Below, one piece after another: positions 22,136 to 34,775 of a stretch of DNA of 64,000 nucleotides (positions are counted from its first letter, which is position 1; every line of letters starts with the position of its first letter). Under the pieces are notes generated by a model, which was not told the origin of the DNA, did no database searches, and was given only the letters and a program-made list of their open reading frames with translations. The stretch comes from Mobula hypostoma (Eukaryota): contig NC_086097.1 of assembly GCF_963921235.1 (NCBI RefSeq), positions 255,380,001 through 255,444,000 of the forward strand. Direction: 5' to 3'. The position numbers were made by a program, and so were the translations under genes.

Positions 22136-25100
22136 TATTGGGAATTTTTTAATTCAACATAAATTATACAGAAGGACAGAACTGGATGCATTGATGCAAC
22201 AATGCCTGATGCTACTGTAGAATTTTGTGCATGTAAATGTATCAGTGTCACCATTTCTGGTCTGTGAATGCATCCTCCCACTTTGATCGCTGACATCCTC
22301 CTGGCACATCTACCACCAGCCTCTTCCTCCTTATTTCCCTCTCCCTTGACATTTAAAAAAATTAATTCGGAAAATATAGATAGTAGTAAAAATTTCATTT
22401 TAGAGAAATGGAGGTTTATGTGGGAGGGGTGGGTTAGATTTATCTTACAGCATGTTAAAAAGTCAGCATAACATCACGGGCCAAAGAGCCTGTACTATTG
22501 AGGCCAAAAATTCCACCTTAGTCCTATTTGATCACAAGACTCTCTTCCATATCGTTACAGTATCTTCTAAGTGACACTTCGCAGCTGTGTACATACAGCT
22601 ACTGATGCCTCTGGACATATCTTCAGTGATGTTCCTGGAATTATCGGGTGTTTTGGGTCTTTCAACATCATACACCGCCTCCCCAGGTGACCCAGCCGGG
22701 GCTGATTAGACCCCAGCTTGTGTCCAGATGGCTAGCTACTTATGATTCCATGGCTCCCCTCTTTTGAGCCACAGCCATCTTGAGACCCTCTGTGCTGCAT
22801 CGGTGGTACTGCGGATGGCTCTCCTCTTCCTCTCCCTCGATGCCCAAAATGCTGAAGGCTCTAACTAAAGAATGGGCTATGAATCCCCTACAACCAACCT
22901 CCACTGGGAGACACCTCGCTCTCCATCCAGCCTGCTGACAGTTGCTGACCAGTCTTGCGTACTTAGAGAGCTTCCTTTCAAAGGCCTCCTCCAAGCTATC
23001 TTCCCATGGGACTGTCAGCTCCAGCAGCACCACTTGCTTAGTCGACTCAGACTCTAGGACAATGTCTGGTCGCAGGGCGGTGGCTGCGATATGGTTGGGG
23101 ACCTTCAGCTGCCGTTTGAGGTCCACCAATGGCTGCCAGTCCCTTGCAGAGGTCAGAATGCCTGCAGATGTTCTTTTGGCAGGTATTGACCGCTCCCCAG
23201 CTCTGACAAAGGCAATGGTCTGCTTGGAGGATCGGGACCGCTTCGCCCATTCAACTCCTGCATTGATGGCTTCAGCGATGGTCTTCAGGACCTGATCATG
23301 CCTCCACCTGTAGCGTCCCTCACCAAGTGCCCTTGTGCAGCCGCTGAGGATGTACTCCAGGGTTCCTCGCTTGGAGCACAGTGGGCACGCAGATGACTCT
23401 GCCTTTCCCCATGTGTGCAGGTTTGATGGGCTTGGAAGCACATCGTACACTGCCTGGATGAGAAATTGGATGCGGTGTGGTTCGGCTTTCCAAAGATCAG
23501 CCCAGGTCACTTTTCTCTCAACCGCATTCTCCCATCTTGTCCAAGCTCCATGTTGCTTCATTCCCACCGCCTTGCAGGCTCTCATCTCCTCCACTACTGC
23601 TCTCACCTCCTCCTGAACTAGGCAGCACCTTTCCTTCCCTCTGGTGTCCATTTGGGGAGTTGGAAAGGATCCTAGCCCAGCTCGGCCTCCTGTGACGCAG
23701 TCTCGCCTCTGCCTCCTGAACAGCTTCCTCTGCCCTCCATTTCCTACCAGTACTTACTTGGATCCCTGCTCTAGCCACCTTCGGGTCACTTGAGTCCCTA
23801 TACTGTAGCATTTCTCTGCCTCTTGTTACCTTGAATTCTTCCTCCAAGGATTTAGAAACATAGAAACATAGAAAATAGGTGCAGGAGTAGGCCATTCGGC
23901 CCTTCGAGCCTGCACCGCCATTTATTATGATCATGGCTGATCATCCAACTCAGAACCCCGCCCCAGCCTTCCCTCCATACCCCCTGACCCCCGTAGCCAC
24001 AAGGGCCATATCTAACTCCCTCTTAAATATAGCCAATGAACTGGCCTCAACTGTTTCCTGTGGCAGAGAATTCCACAGATTCACCACTCTCTGTGTGAAG
24101 AAGTTTTTCCTAATCTCGGTCCTAAAAGGCTTCCCTTCTATCCTCAGACTGTGACCCCTCATTCTGGACTTCCCCAACATCGGGAACAATCTTCCTGCAT
24201 CTAGCCTGTCCAATCCCTTTAGGATCTTATACGTTTCAATCAGATCCCCCCTCAATCTTCTAAATTCCAACGAGTACAAGCCCAATTCATCCAGTCTTTC
24301 TTCATATGAAAGTCCCGCCATCCCAGGAATCAATCTGGTGAACCTTCTTTGTACTCCCTCTATGGCAAAGATGTCTTTCCTCAGATTAGGGGACCAAAAC
24401 TGCACACAATACTCCAGGTGTGGTCTCACCAAGGCCTTGTACAACTGCAGTAATACGTCCCTGCTCCTGTACTCGAATCCTCTCACTATAAATGCCAGCA
24501 TACCATTCGCCTTTTTCACCACCTGCTGTACCTGCATGCCCACTTTCAATGACTGGTGTATAATGACACCCAGGTCTCGTTGCACCTCCCCTTTTCCTAA
24601 TCGGCCACCATTCAGATAATAATCTGTTTTCCTATTTTTGCCACCAAAGTGGATAACTTCACATTTATCCACATTAAATTGCATCTGCCATGAATTTGCC
24701 CACTCACCCAACCTATCCAAGTCACCCTGCATCCTCTTAGCATCCTCCTCACTGCTAACACTGCCACCCAGCTTCATGTCATCCGCAAACTTGGAGATGC
24801 TGCATTTAATTCCCTCATCCAAGTCATTAATATATATTGTAAACAACTGGGGTCCCAGCACTGAGCCTTGCGGTACCCCACTAGTCACCGCCTGCCATTC
24901 TGAAAAGGTCCCGTTTATTCCCACTCTTTGCTTCCTGTCTGCTAACCAATTCTCCACCCACACCAATACTTTACCCCCAATAGCGTGTGCTTTAAGTTTG
25001 CACACTAATCTCCTGTGTGGGACCTTGTCAAAAGCCTTTTGAAAATCCAAATATACCACATCCACTGGTTCTCCCCTATCCACTCTCCTAGTTACATCCT

Positions 25101-25497
25101 CAAAAAATGCTATGAGATTCGTCAGACATGATTTTCCTTTCACAAATCCATGCTGACTTTGTCCGATCATTTCACCGCTTTCCAAATGTGCTGTTATCAC
25201 ATCCTTGATAACTGACTCCAGCAGTTTCCCCACCACCGACGTTAGGCTATCCGGTCTATAATTCCCCGGTTTCTCTCTCCCTCCTTTTTTAAAAAGTGGA
25301 GTTACATTAGCCACCCTCCAATCCTCAGGAACTAGTCCAGAATCTAACGAGTTTTGAAAAATTATCACTAATGCATCCACTATTTCTTGGGCTACTTCTT
25401 TAAGCACTCTAGGATGCAGACCATCTGGCCCTGGGGATTTATCTGCCTTCAATCCCTTCAATTTACCTAACACCACTTCCCTACTAACATGTATTTC

Positions 25498-25726
25498 AAC
25501 GCAAACAACAGGAATTCTGCAGATGCTGGAAATTCAAGCAACATACATCAAAGTTGCTGGTGAACGCAGCAGGCCAGGCAGCATCTATAGGAAGAGGTGC
25601 AGTCGACGTTTCAGGCCGAGACCCTTCGCCAGTCCTGACGAAGGGTCTCGGCCTGAAACGTCGACCGCACCTCTTCCTATAGATGCTGCCTGGCCTGCTG
25701 CGTTTACCAGCAACTTTGATGTATGT
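25498..25726 (-). mobile_element. Fold-back PLE-derived mini-insertion, copy 2 (92-bp arms, 12-13 bp TSD)
   Basis: Arms 25541-25632 and 25635-25726 (3 mismatches); AACATGTATTTC at 25486-25497 and 25727-25738; the empty site is visible in the CR1-A copy near 45327. Confidence 0.92.
25630..25667 (+). ncRNA. Minimal type-I hammerhead ribozyme motif
   Basis: CAGUC(stem I)-CUGACGA-AGG gucucgg CCU(stem II)-GAAA-CGUC^-GACCG(stem I', one mismatch); palindromic ACGU stem III as in PLE hammerheads; predicted cut after 25662. Confidence 0.8.
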
Positions 25727-26554
25727 AACATGTATTTCGCTCAGTTCCTCCATCTCACTGGACCCTCTGTCCCTTACTATTTCTGGAAGATTATTTATGT
25801 CCTCCTTAGTGAAGACAGAACCAAAGTAACTATTCAATTGGTCTGCCATGTCCTTGCTCCCCATAATCAATTCACCTGTTTCTGTCTGCAGGGGACCTAC
25901 ATTTGTCTTTACCATTCTTTTCCTTTTTACATATCTATAAAAGCTTTTACAGTCCGTTTTTATGTTCCCTGCCAGTTTTCTCTCATAATCTTTTTTCCCC
26001 TTCCTAATTAAGCCCTTTGTCCTCCTCTGCTGAACTCTGAATTTCTCCCAGTCCTCAGGTGAGCCACTTTCTCTGGCTAATTTGTATGCTTCTTCTTTGG
26101 AATTGATACTATCCCTAATTTCTCTTGTCAGCCACGGGTGCACTACCTTCCTTGATTTATTCTTTTGCCAAACTGGGATGAATAATTGTTGAAGGGCAGT
26201 TGCAGTTTGTTGTGGTGTCCATAGAGTGTGACGCTGCTCAGGCTCTTTAGCAGCCCCAGCCATCTCCTGAGGTGGTTGCTAATCCTCCTCTCTAAGGTTT
26301 TGACGGTCGGGATCGGAACTGCATAGACGAGGAGGGGCCACAGGATTCTGAGGAGAATGCCATACTGATACACCCAGGCTTTAAACTTCCCCAGTAGGCC
26401 AGACTTGTCCACGGATTTCAGCCAGCCCACCAACTCGGTGCATGTCGCCCGGATGGATGTCGCAAAGTCTTTATAGGCAAGGAAATACTTTATTTGTAGA
26501 GGTACATGTGGCATCTATCTAGTACTGTACATCTGCCAGATAAAATCATCCATA

Positions 26555-26824
26555 TTGTAGTATCATGAAGGTAGCATCATGCTATGGGGATGCTTCTCAG
26601 CAGCAGGTACTGGAAATCTGATCAGGATTGATGAGAAGATGAATGCTGCTAAATACAAAGAGATCCTGGATGAAAACCTACCTGCCTCTGCAAGAAAACT
26701 TAACTGGGGAGGAAGTTAATCTTTCAGCAGGGGAATGACCCAAAACACACTGCCAAAGCAACCATGGAGTGGCTTAAGATGAAGAAAATTGATGTCCTTG
26801 AGTGACCTAGTCAGAGTCCTGACC
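26555..26824 (+). mobile_element. Tc1/mariner transposase fragment
   Basis: HEGSIMLWGCFSAAGTG...[12 protein letters not shown]...LE*PSQSPD. Confidence 0.88.
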
Positions 26825-26915
26825 CATCAAACCCAAAAGCATGAATGGCAGTGATGCTTCACTACCAGGTGAATTCAACACCTTCTATGCCTGCTTCGAA
26901 AGGGAGAACATAACT

Positions 26916-27531
26916 CAGACATCCCACCCTGCAAAAACTCATTTCAGGGAGGTAGCACCATCAATTTGCAGGAGACTCCCGGAACTTCTGGGAGAGGTGG
27001 GATGTCTGCAATAGAGTAGCTCCTTAGCAGCTAGCCAGCTAGTTTAAATAACGTTAGCTATGCTAATGAACGAATGACACCTGTTAAACTCACCTCAACA
27101 TGCCTTTTACATTTTAACCCACCATGGCAATAGAAAAGTCACTGTTGCAAACAGAGCAGCGAGCAACACTGTCATTATTTTTGACCCCTATTAGGCAGGG
27201 GTACACTTTAGTGTAGTCTGGGGTGACGTACATTTTATATTTTCTTTTTTTGGAACACTGCCATGGCACGCGCTCTCTCTCTCTCATACGCGCGCTCTCT
27301 CTCTCTCGTGGTCTCTCTTGTGCTCTCTCTCGCTCTCGCACGCTCTCTCTCTCTCATGGTTGCTCTCTCTCTCGTGGTCTCTCTCGCTCTCGTGGTCTCT
27401 CTCTCGCTCGCTCGCTCTCTTGTTCTCAAAAAAATTGATTTCCGGGACATTGTATATAATTTGCGGGCATCAGGGAGCCTCTATTAATATGTGGAAGACT
27501 CCTGGAACATCCGGGAGAGGTGGGGTGTCTG
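26916..27531 (-). mobile_element. Non-autonomous DNA transposon, probably hAT
   Basis: TIRs CAGACATCCCACC / GGTGGGGTGTCTG; CATAACT duplicated at 26909-26915 and 27532-27538; minus strand encodes a frameshifted zinc-finger remnant ARCSVCNSDFSIA-HGGLKCKRHVE followed by a GTGAGT donor (27093-27088). Confidence 0.8.
27270..27428. repeat. Imperfect (CT)n/(CTCG)n microsatellite inside the hAT-like element
   Basis: Direct reading. Confidence 0.9.
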
Positions 27532-30500
27532 CATAACTGCAGCTGTGAAGATCGATTCTGTACCTGGTGACCCTATGATCTCTGTCTTGGAGGCCGATGT
27601 TAGGGTGTCTTTAAAGAGAGTGAACCCTCGCAAGGGGGAAGGCCCCAAAAGAGTACCTGGTAAGGCTCTGAAAACCTGTGCCAACCAATTGGCAGGAGTA
27701 TTCAAGGACATTTTCAACCTCTCACTGCTATGGGTAGAAGTTCACTTGCTTCAAAAAGGCAACAATTATACCAGCACCTAAGAAGAATAATGCGGGGTGC
27801 CTTAATGACTATTGCCCGTAGCACTCACATCTACAGTGATAAAATGCTTTGAAAGGTTGGTCATGACTGGACTGAACTCCTGCCTCAGAAAAGACCTGGA
27901 CCCACTGCAATTTGCCTATCGCCACAATAGTCGACAGCAGACGCAATCTCAAAAGCTCTTCACACGGCCTTAGACCACCTGGACAATACAAACACCTATG
28001 TCAGGATGCTGTTCATCGACTATAGCTCAGCAGTTGACACCATCGATCATCTCAGAGCTAGGGTGCTGAATCAGAGGGACATTAGGACCACATGTGTCCT
28101 TTGTTTCACTGAATCCTGGTTAATCCCTTCCATACGGGATGCAGCAATTCAGATTGACGGGTTTACTAAACAACGCTAGGATAGACCTATAGAGTCTCTC
28201 AAAAGCAGAGGTGGAGGAGTATGCCTCATGATCAACTCTTCTTGTTGCACAAATGTATCAGTGCTGTCCCAATTCTGCTCACCAGACCTAGAATATCTAA
28301 CAGTAAAGTGTCGTCCTTTTTACCTACCACGGGAGTTCTCTGGGGTCATTTTGGTAGCAGTTTACATTCCACCTCAGGCCAATGTCAAGCAGGCTTTAGA
28401 TGATCTTGCGGGGAAGGCGGATGAGTTGAGGGTGTGGATTGACATGTGGAATTATGATGTTGTAGCAATTAGTGAAACTTGGCTACAGGAGGGGCAGGAC
28501 TGGCAGCTGAATATTCTGGGATTCCGATGTTTCAGATGTGATCGAGGCGGAGGAATGAAAGGTGGGGGAGTGGCATTGCTTGTTAGGGAAAATATTACAG
28601 CAGTGCTCAGGCAGGACAGATTAGAGGGCTTGTCTACTGAGTCCTTATGGGTGGAGCTGAGAAACAGGAAAGGTATGGCCACATTAGTGGGATTGTATTA
28701 CAGACCACCCAATAGTCACCGAGACTTGGAAGAGCAAATCTGCAGAGAGATAGCAGGCAACTGCAGGAAACATAAAGTTGTGGTGGTAGGGGATTTTAAT
28801 TTTCCATACATTGATTGGGACTCCCATACTGTTAGGGGTCTAGATGGTTTAGAGTTTGTAAAATGTGTTCAGGAAAGTTTTCTAAATCAGTATATAGAGG
28901 GACAAACTAGACAGGATGCAATATTAGATCTCCTGTTAGGAAACGAATTAGGGCAAGTGACGGAGGTATGTGTAGGGGAGCACTTTGGTTCCAGTGATCA
29001 TAACACCATTAGTTTCAATTTGATCATGGACAAGGATAGATCTGGTCCTAGGGTTGAGGTTCTCAACTGGAAGAAGGCCAAATTTGAAGAAATGAGAAAG
29101 GATCTAAAAAGCGTGGATTGGGACAGGTTGTTCTCTGGCAAAGATGTGATTGGTAGGTGGCAAGCCTTCAAAGGGGAAATTTTGAGAGTGCAGAGTTTGT
29201 ATGTTCCTGTCAGGATTAAAGGCAAATTGAATAGGAATAAGGAACCTTGGTTCTCAAGGGATATTGCAACTCTGATAAAGAAGAAGAGGGAGTTGTATGA
29301 AATGTATAGGAAACAGGGGGTAAATCAGGTGCTTGAGGAGTATAAGAAGTGCAAGAAAATACTTAAGAAAGAAATCAGGAGGGCTAAAAGAAGACATGAG
29401 GTTGCCTTGGCAGTCAAAGTGAAGGATAATCCAAAGAGCTTTTACAAGTATATTAAGAGCAAAAGGATTGTAAGGGATAAAATTGGTCCTCTTGAAGATC
29501 AGAGTGGTCGGCTTTGTGCGGAACCAAAGGAAATGGGGGAGATCTTAAATAGGTTTTTTGCGTCTGTATTTACTAAGGAAGCTGGCATGAAATCTATGGA
29601 ATTGAGGGAATCAAGTAGTGAGACCATGGCAACTGTACAGATTGAAAAGGAGGAGGTGCTTGCTGTCTTGAGGAAAATTAAAGTGGATAAATCCCCGGGA
29701 CCTGACAGGGTGTCCCCTCGGACCTTGAAGGAGACTAGTGTTGAAATTGTGGGGGTCCTGGCAGAAATATTTAAAATGTTGCTGTCTACGGGTGAAGTGC
29801 CGGAGGATTGGAGGGTGGCTCATGTTGTTCCGTTGTTTAAAAAAGGATCGAAAAGTAATCCGGGAAATTATAGGCCGGTGAGTTTAACGTCAGTAGTAGG
29901 TAAGTTATTGGAGGGAGTACTAAGAGACAGAATCTACAAGCATTTGAACAGACAGGGGCTTATTAGGGAGAGTCAACATGGCTTTGTGCGTGGTAGGTCA
30001 TGTTTGACCAATCTGTTGCAGTTTTTCGAGGAGGTTACCAGGAAAGTGGATGAAGGGAAGGCAGTGGATATTGGCTACATGGACTTCAGTAAGGCCTTTG
30101 ACAAGGTCCCGCATGGGAGGTTAGTTAGGAAAATTCAGTCGCTAGGTGTACATGGAGAGGTGGTAAATTGGATTGGACATTGGCTCGATGAAAGAAGCCA
30201 GAGAGTGGTGGTAGAAAATTGCTTCTCTGAGTGGAGGCCTGTGACTAGTGGTGTGCCACAGGGATCAGTACTGGGTCCATTGTTATTTGTCATCTATATC
30301 AATGATCTGGATGATAATGTGGTAAATTGGATCAGCAAATTTGCTGATGATACAAAGATTGGAGGTGTAGTAGACAGCGAGGAAGATTTTCAGAGCCTGC
30401 AGAGGGTCTTGGACCAGCTGGAAAAATGGGCTGAAAAATGGCAGATGGAGTTTAATACAGACAAGTGTGAGGTATTCCACGTTGAAAGGACAAACCAAGG

Positions 30501-30983
30501 TAGAACATACAGGGTTAATGGTAAGGCACTGAGGAGTGTAGTGGAACAGAGGGATCTGGGAATACAGATACAAAATTCCCTAAAAGTGGCGTCACAGGTA
30601 GATAGGGTCGTAAAGAGAGCTTTTGGTACATTGGCCTTTATTAATCGAAGTATTGAGTATAAGAACTGGAATGTTATGATGAGGTTGTATAAGACATTGG
30701 TGAGGCCAAATCTGGAGTATTGTGTTCAGTTTTGGTCACCAAATTACAGGAAGGATATAAATAAGGTTGAAAGGGTACAGAGAAGGTTTACAAGGTTGTT
30801 GCCAGGACTTGAGAAACTCAGTTACAGAGAAAGGTTGAATAGGTTAGGACTTTATTCCCTGGAGCGTAGACGAATGAGGGGAGATTTGATAGAGGTATAT
30901 AAAATTATGATGGGTATAGATAGAGTGAATGCAAGCAGGCTTTTTCCACTGAGGCAAGGGGAGAAAGAAACCAGAGGACATGG

Positions 30984-33900
30984 GCAGAAAACGCTGATGG
31001 GAGTTGTGTACAGGCCACCTAACAGTAGTAGTGAGGTCGGAGATGGTATTAAACGGGAAATTAGAAATGTGTTCAATAAAGGAACAGCAGTTATAATGGA
31101 TGACTTCAATCTACATGTAGATTGGGTGAACCAAATCGGTAAAGGTGCTGAGGAAGAGGATTTCTTGGAATGTATGCGGGATGGTTTTTTGAACCAACAT
31201 GTCAAGGAACCAACTAGAGAGCAGGCTATTCTAGACTGGGTTTTGAGCAATGAGGAGGGGTTAAATAACAATCTTGTCGTGAGAGGCCCCTTGGGTAAGA
31301 GTGACCAGGTCCCACACAGGAGATTAGTGTGCAAACTTAAAGCACACGGTATTGGGGGTAAGGTATTGATGTGGATGGTGAATTGGTTAGCAGACAGGAA
31401 GCAAAGAGTGGGAATAAACGGGACCTTTTCAGACTGGCAGGCGGTGACTAGTGGGGTACCGCAAGGCTCAGTGCTGGGACCCCAGATGTTTACAATATAT
31501 ATTAATGACTTGGATGAGGGAATTAAATGCAGCATCTCCAAGTTTGCGGATGACACGAAGCTGGGCGGCAGTGTTAGCTGTGAGGAGGATGCTAAGAGGA
31601 TGCAGGGTGACTTGGATAGGTTGGATGAGTGGGCAAATTCATGGCAGATACAATTTAATGTGGATAAATGTGAAGTTATCCACTTTGGTGGCAAAAATAG
31701 GAAAACAGATTATTATCCAAATGGTGGCCGATTAGGAAAAGGGGAGGTGCAACGAGACCTGGGTGTCATTATACACCAGTCATTGAAAGTGGGCATGCAG
31801 GTACAGCAGGCGGTGAAAAAGGCGAATGGTATGCTGGCATTTATAGCGAGAGGATTTGAGTACAGGAGCAGGGAGGTACTACTGCAGTTGTACAAGGCCT
31901 TGGTGAGACCACACCTGGAGTATTGTGTGCAGTTTTGGTCCCCTAATCTGAGGAAAGACATCCTGGCCATAGAGGGAGTACAAAGAAGGTTCACCAGATT
32001 GATTCCTGGGATGGCAGGACTTTCATATGAAGAAAGACTGGATGAACTGGGCTTGTACTCGTTGGAATTTAGAAGATTAAGGGGGGATCTGATTGAAACG
32101 TGTAAAATCCTAAAGGGATTGGACAGGCTAGATGCAGGAAGATTGTTCCCGATGTTGGGGAAGTCCAGAACAAGGGGTCACAGTTTGAGGATAAAGGGGA
32201 AGCCTTTTAGGACCGAGATTAGGAAAAACTTCTTCATACAGAGAGTGCTGAATCTGTGGAATTCTCTGCCACAGGAAACAGTTGAGGCCAGTTCATTGGC
32301 TATATTTAAGAGGGAGTTAGATATGGCCCTTGTGGCTACGGGGATCAGGGGATATGGAGGGAAGGCTGGTGCGGGGTTCTGAGTTGGATGATCAGCCATG
32401 ATCATCCATAAATGGCGGTGCAGGCTCGAAGGGCCGAATGGCCTACTCCTGCACCTATTTTCTATGTTTCTATGTTTCTATGTTTCTATATTGTGGAATT
32501 CTTCATTAAGATGGAGAGTGACATAGTTAATTCAGAAATAAAGGTTCTGAACTTAAAAAGGGGTAACTTTGAAGGTATGAGATGTGAATTAGCTAAGACA
32601 GACTGGCAAATGACACTTAAAGGATTGACGGTGAATATGCAATGGCAAGCATTTAAGGATTGCATGGATGAAGTACAACAATTGTTCATCCCAGTTTGGC
32701 AAAAGAATAAATCAAGGAAGGTAGTGCACCCGTGGCTGACAAGAGAAATTAGGGATAGTATAAATTCCAAAGAAGAAGCATACAAATTAGCCAGAGAAGG
32801 TGGCTCACCTGAGGACTGGGAGAAATTCAGAGTTCAGCAGAGGAGAACAAAGGGCTTAATTAGGAAGGGGAAAAAAGATTATGAGAGAAAACTGGCAGGG
32901 AACATAAAAACGGACTGTAAAGGCTTTTATAGATATGTAAAAAGGAAAAGACTGGTAAAGACAAATGTAGGTCCCCTGCAGACAGAAACAGGTGAATTGA
33001 TTATGGGGAGCAAGGTCATGGCAGACCAACTGAATAACTACTTTGGTTCTGTCTTCACTGAGGAGGACATAAATAATCTTACGGAAATAGTAGGGGACAG
33101 AGGGTCCAGTGAGATGGAGGAACTGAGCGAAATATATGTTAGTAGGGAAGTGGTGTTAGGTAAATTGAAGGGATTAAAGGCAGATAAATCCCCAGGGCCA
33201 GATGGTCTGCATCCCAGAGTGCTTAAGGAAGTAGCCCAAGAAATAGTGGATTCATTAGTGATAATTTTTCAAAACTCGTTAGATTCTGGACTAGTTCCTG
33301 AGGATTGGAGGGTGGCTAATGTAACCCCACTTTTTAAAAAAGGAGGGAGAGAGAAACCGGGGAATTATAGACCGGTTAGCCTAACGTCGGTGGTGGGGAA
33401 CCTGCTGGAGTCAGTTATCAAGGATGTGATAACAGCACATTTGGAAAGCGGTGAAATGATCGGACAAAGTCAGCATGGATTTGTGAAAGGAAAATCATGT
33501 CTGACAAATCTCATGGAATTTTTTGAGGATGTAACTAGTAGAGTGGATAGGGGAGAACTAGTGGATGTGGAATATTTGGATTTTCAAAAGGCTTTTGACA
33601 AAGTCCCACACAGGAGATTAGTGTGCAAATTTAAAGCACACGGTATTGGGGGTAAGGTATTGATGTGGATAGAGAATTGGTTAGCAGACAGGAAGCAAAG
33701 AGTGGGAATAAACGGGACCTTTTCAAAATGGCAGGCAGTGACTAGTGGGGTACCGCAAGGCTCAGTGCTGGGACCCCAGTTGTTTACAATATATATTAAT
33801 GACTTGGATGAGGGAATTAAATGCAGCATCTCCAAGTTTGCGGGTGACACGAAGCTGGGCGGCAGTGTTAGCTGTGAGGAGGATGCTAAGAGGATGCAGG

Positions 33901-34775
33901 GTGACTTGGATAGGTTGGGTGAGTGGGCAAATTCATGGCAGATACAATTTAATGTGGATAAATGTGAAGTTATCCACTTTGGTGGCAAAAATAGGAAAAC
34001 AGATTATTATCTGAATGGTGGCCGATTAGGGAAAGGGGGAGGTGCAACGAGACCTGGGTGTCATTATACACCAGTCATTGAAAGTGGGCATGCAGGTACA
34101 GCAGGTGGTGAAAAAGGCGAACGGTATGCTGGCATTTATAGCGAGAGGATTCGAGTACAGGAGCAGGGAGGTACTACTGCAGTTGTACAAGGCCTTGGTG
34201 AGACCACACCTGGAGTATTGTGTGCAGTTTTGGTCCCCTAATCTGAGGAAAGACATCCTTGCCATGGAGGGAGTACAAAGAAGGTTTACCAGATTGATTC
34301 CTGGGATGGCAGGACTTTCATATGAAGAAAGACTGGATGAACTGGGCTTGTACTCGTTGGAATTTAGAAGATTGAGGGGGAATCTGATTGAAACGTATAA
34401 AATCTTAAAGGGATTGGACAGGCTAGATGCCGGAAGATTGTTCCTGATGTTGGGGAAGTCCAGAACAAGTGGTCACAGTTTGAGGATAAAGGGGAAGCCT
34501 TTTAGGACCGAGATTGGGAAAAACTTCTTCACACAGAGAGTGGTGAATCTGTGGAATTCTCTGCCACAGGAAATAGTTGAGGCCAGTTCATTGGCTATAT
34601 TTAAGAGGGAGTTAGATATGGCCCTTGTGGCTACGGGGATCAGGGGGTATGGAGGGAAGGTTGGTGCAGGGTTCTGAGTTGGATGATCAGCCATGATCAT
34701 AATAAATGGCGGTGCAGGCTCAAAGGGCCGAATGGCCTACTCCTGCACCTATTTTCTATGTTTCTATGTTTCTAT
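30984..34775 (+). mobile_element. CR1-A copy (30984-31307 and 32488-34775) inserted in CR1-F
   Basis: GPLGKSD at 31307 continues as IVEFFIKME at ~32489; tail 34752-34775; frameshift in a G-run near 34035. Confidence 0.92.
31308..32487 (+). mobile_element. CR1-A 5'-truncated copy inserted in another CR1-A
   Basis: Starts at VPHRRLV; own stop at 32382 and (TTTCTATG)n tail 32458-32487. Confidence 0.92.

Larger units (their letters stand above)
23853..26190 (-). mobile_element. CR1-A 5'-truncated copy carrying hairpin insert 25498-25726
   Basis: Uninterrupted 508-aa RT ORF 23950-25476; tail at 23853-23876. Confidence 0.95.
22600..26465 (-). mobile_element. HERO-like (R2 superfamily, RLE endonuclease) non-LTR retrotransposon, 3' part, split by CR1-A 23853-26190
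   Basis: CPLCSKRGTLEYILSGC zinc knuckle, YRWRHDQVL, RPDIVL...LLELTVPWE...KLSKY, PVEVGCRGF; the upstream piece 26189-26465 (..LYGHHNKLQLPF) joins KSLEEEFK across the insertion. Confidence 0.88.
26828..28045 (+). mobile_element. Rex1/Babar fragment split by hAT-like element 26916-27531
   Basis: [47 protein letters not shown]. Confidence 0.85.

Noticed and set aside
27114..27536. RE-rich and SL-rich ORFs
   Set aside because: Translations of a (CT)n microsatellite.
31290..31320. Apparent internal deletion in CR1-A (GKSD|QVPH)
   Set aside because: The 'missing' part follows at 32488, so this is an insertion of another copy.
28228..32382. 1384-aa ORF as a real gene or a novel double-RT retroelement
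   Set aside because: Every segment is explained by nested insertions whose hosts resume downstream; kept only as a curiosity.
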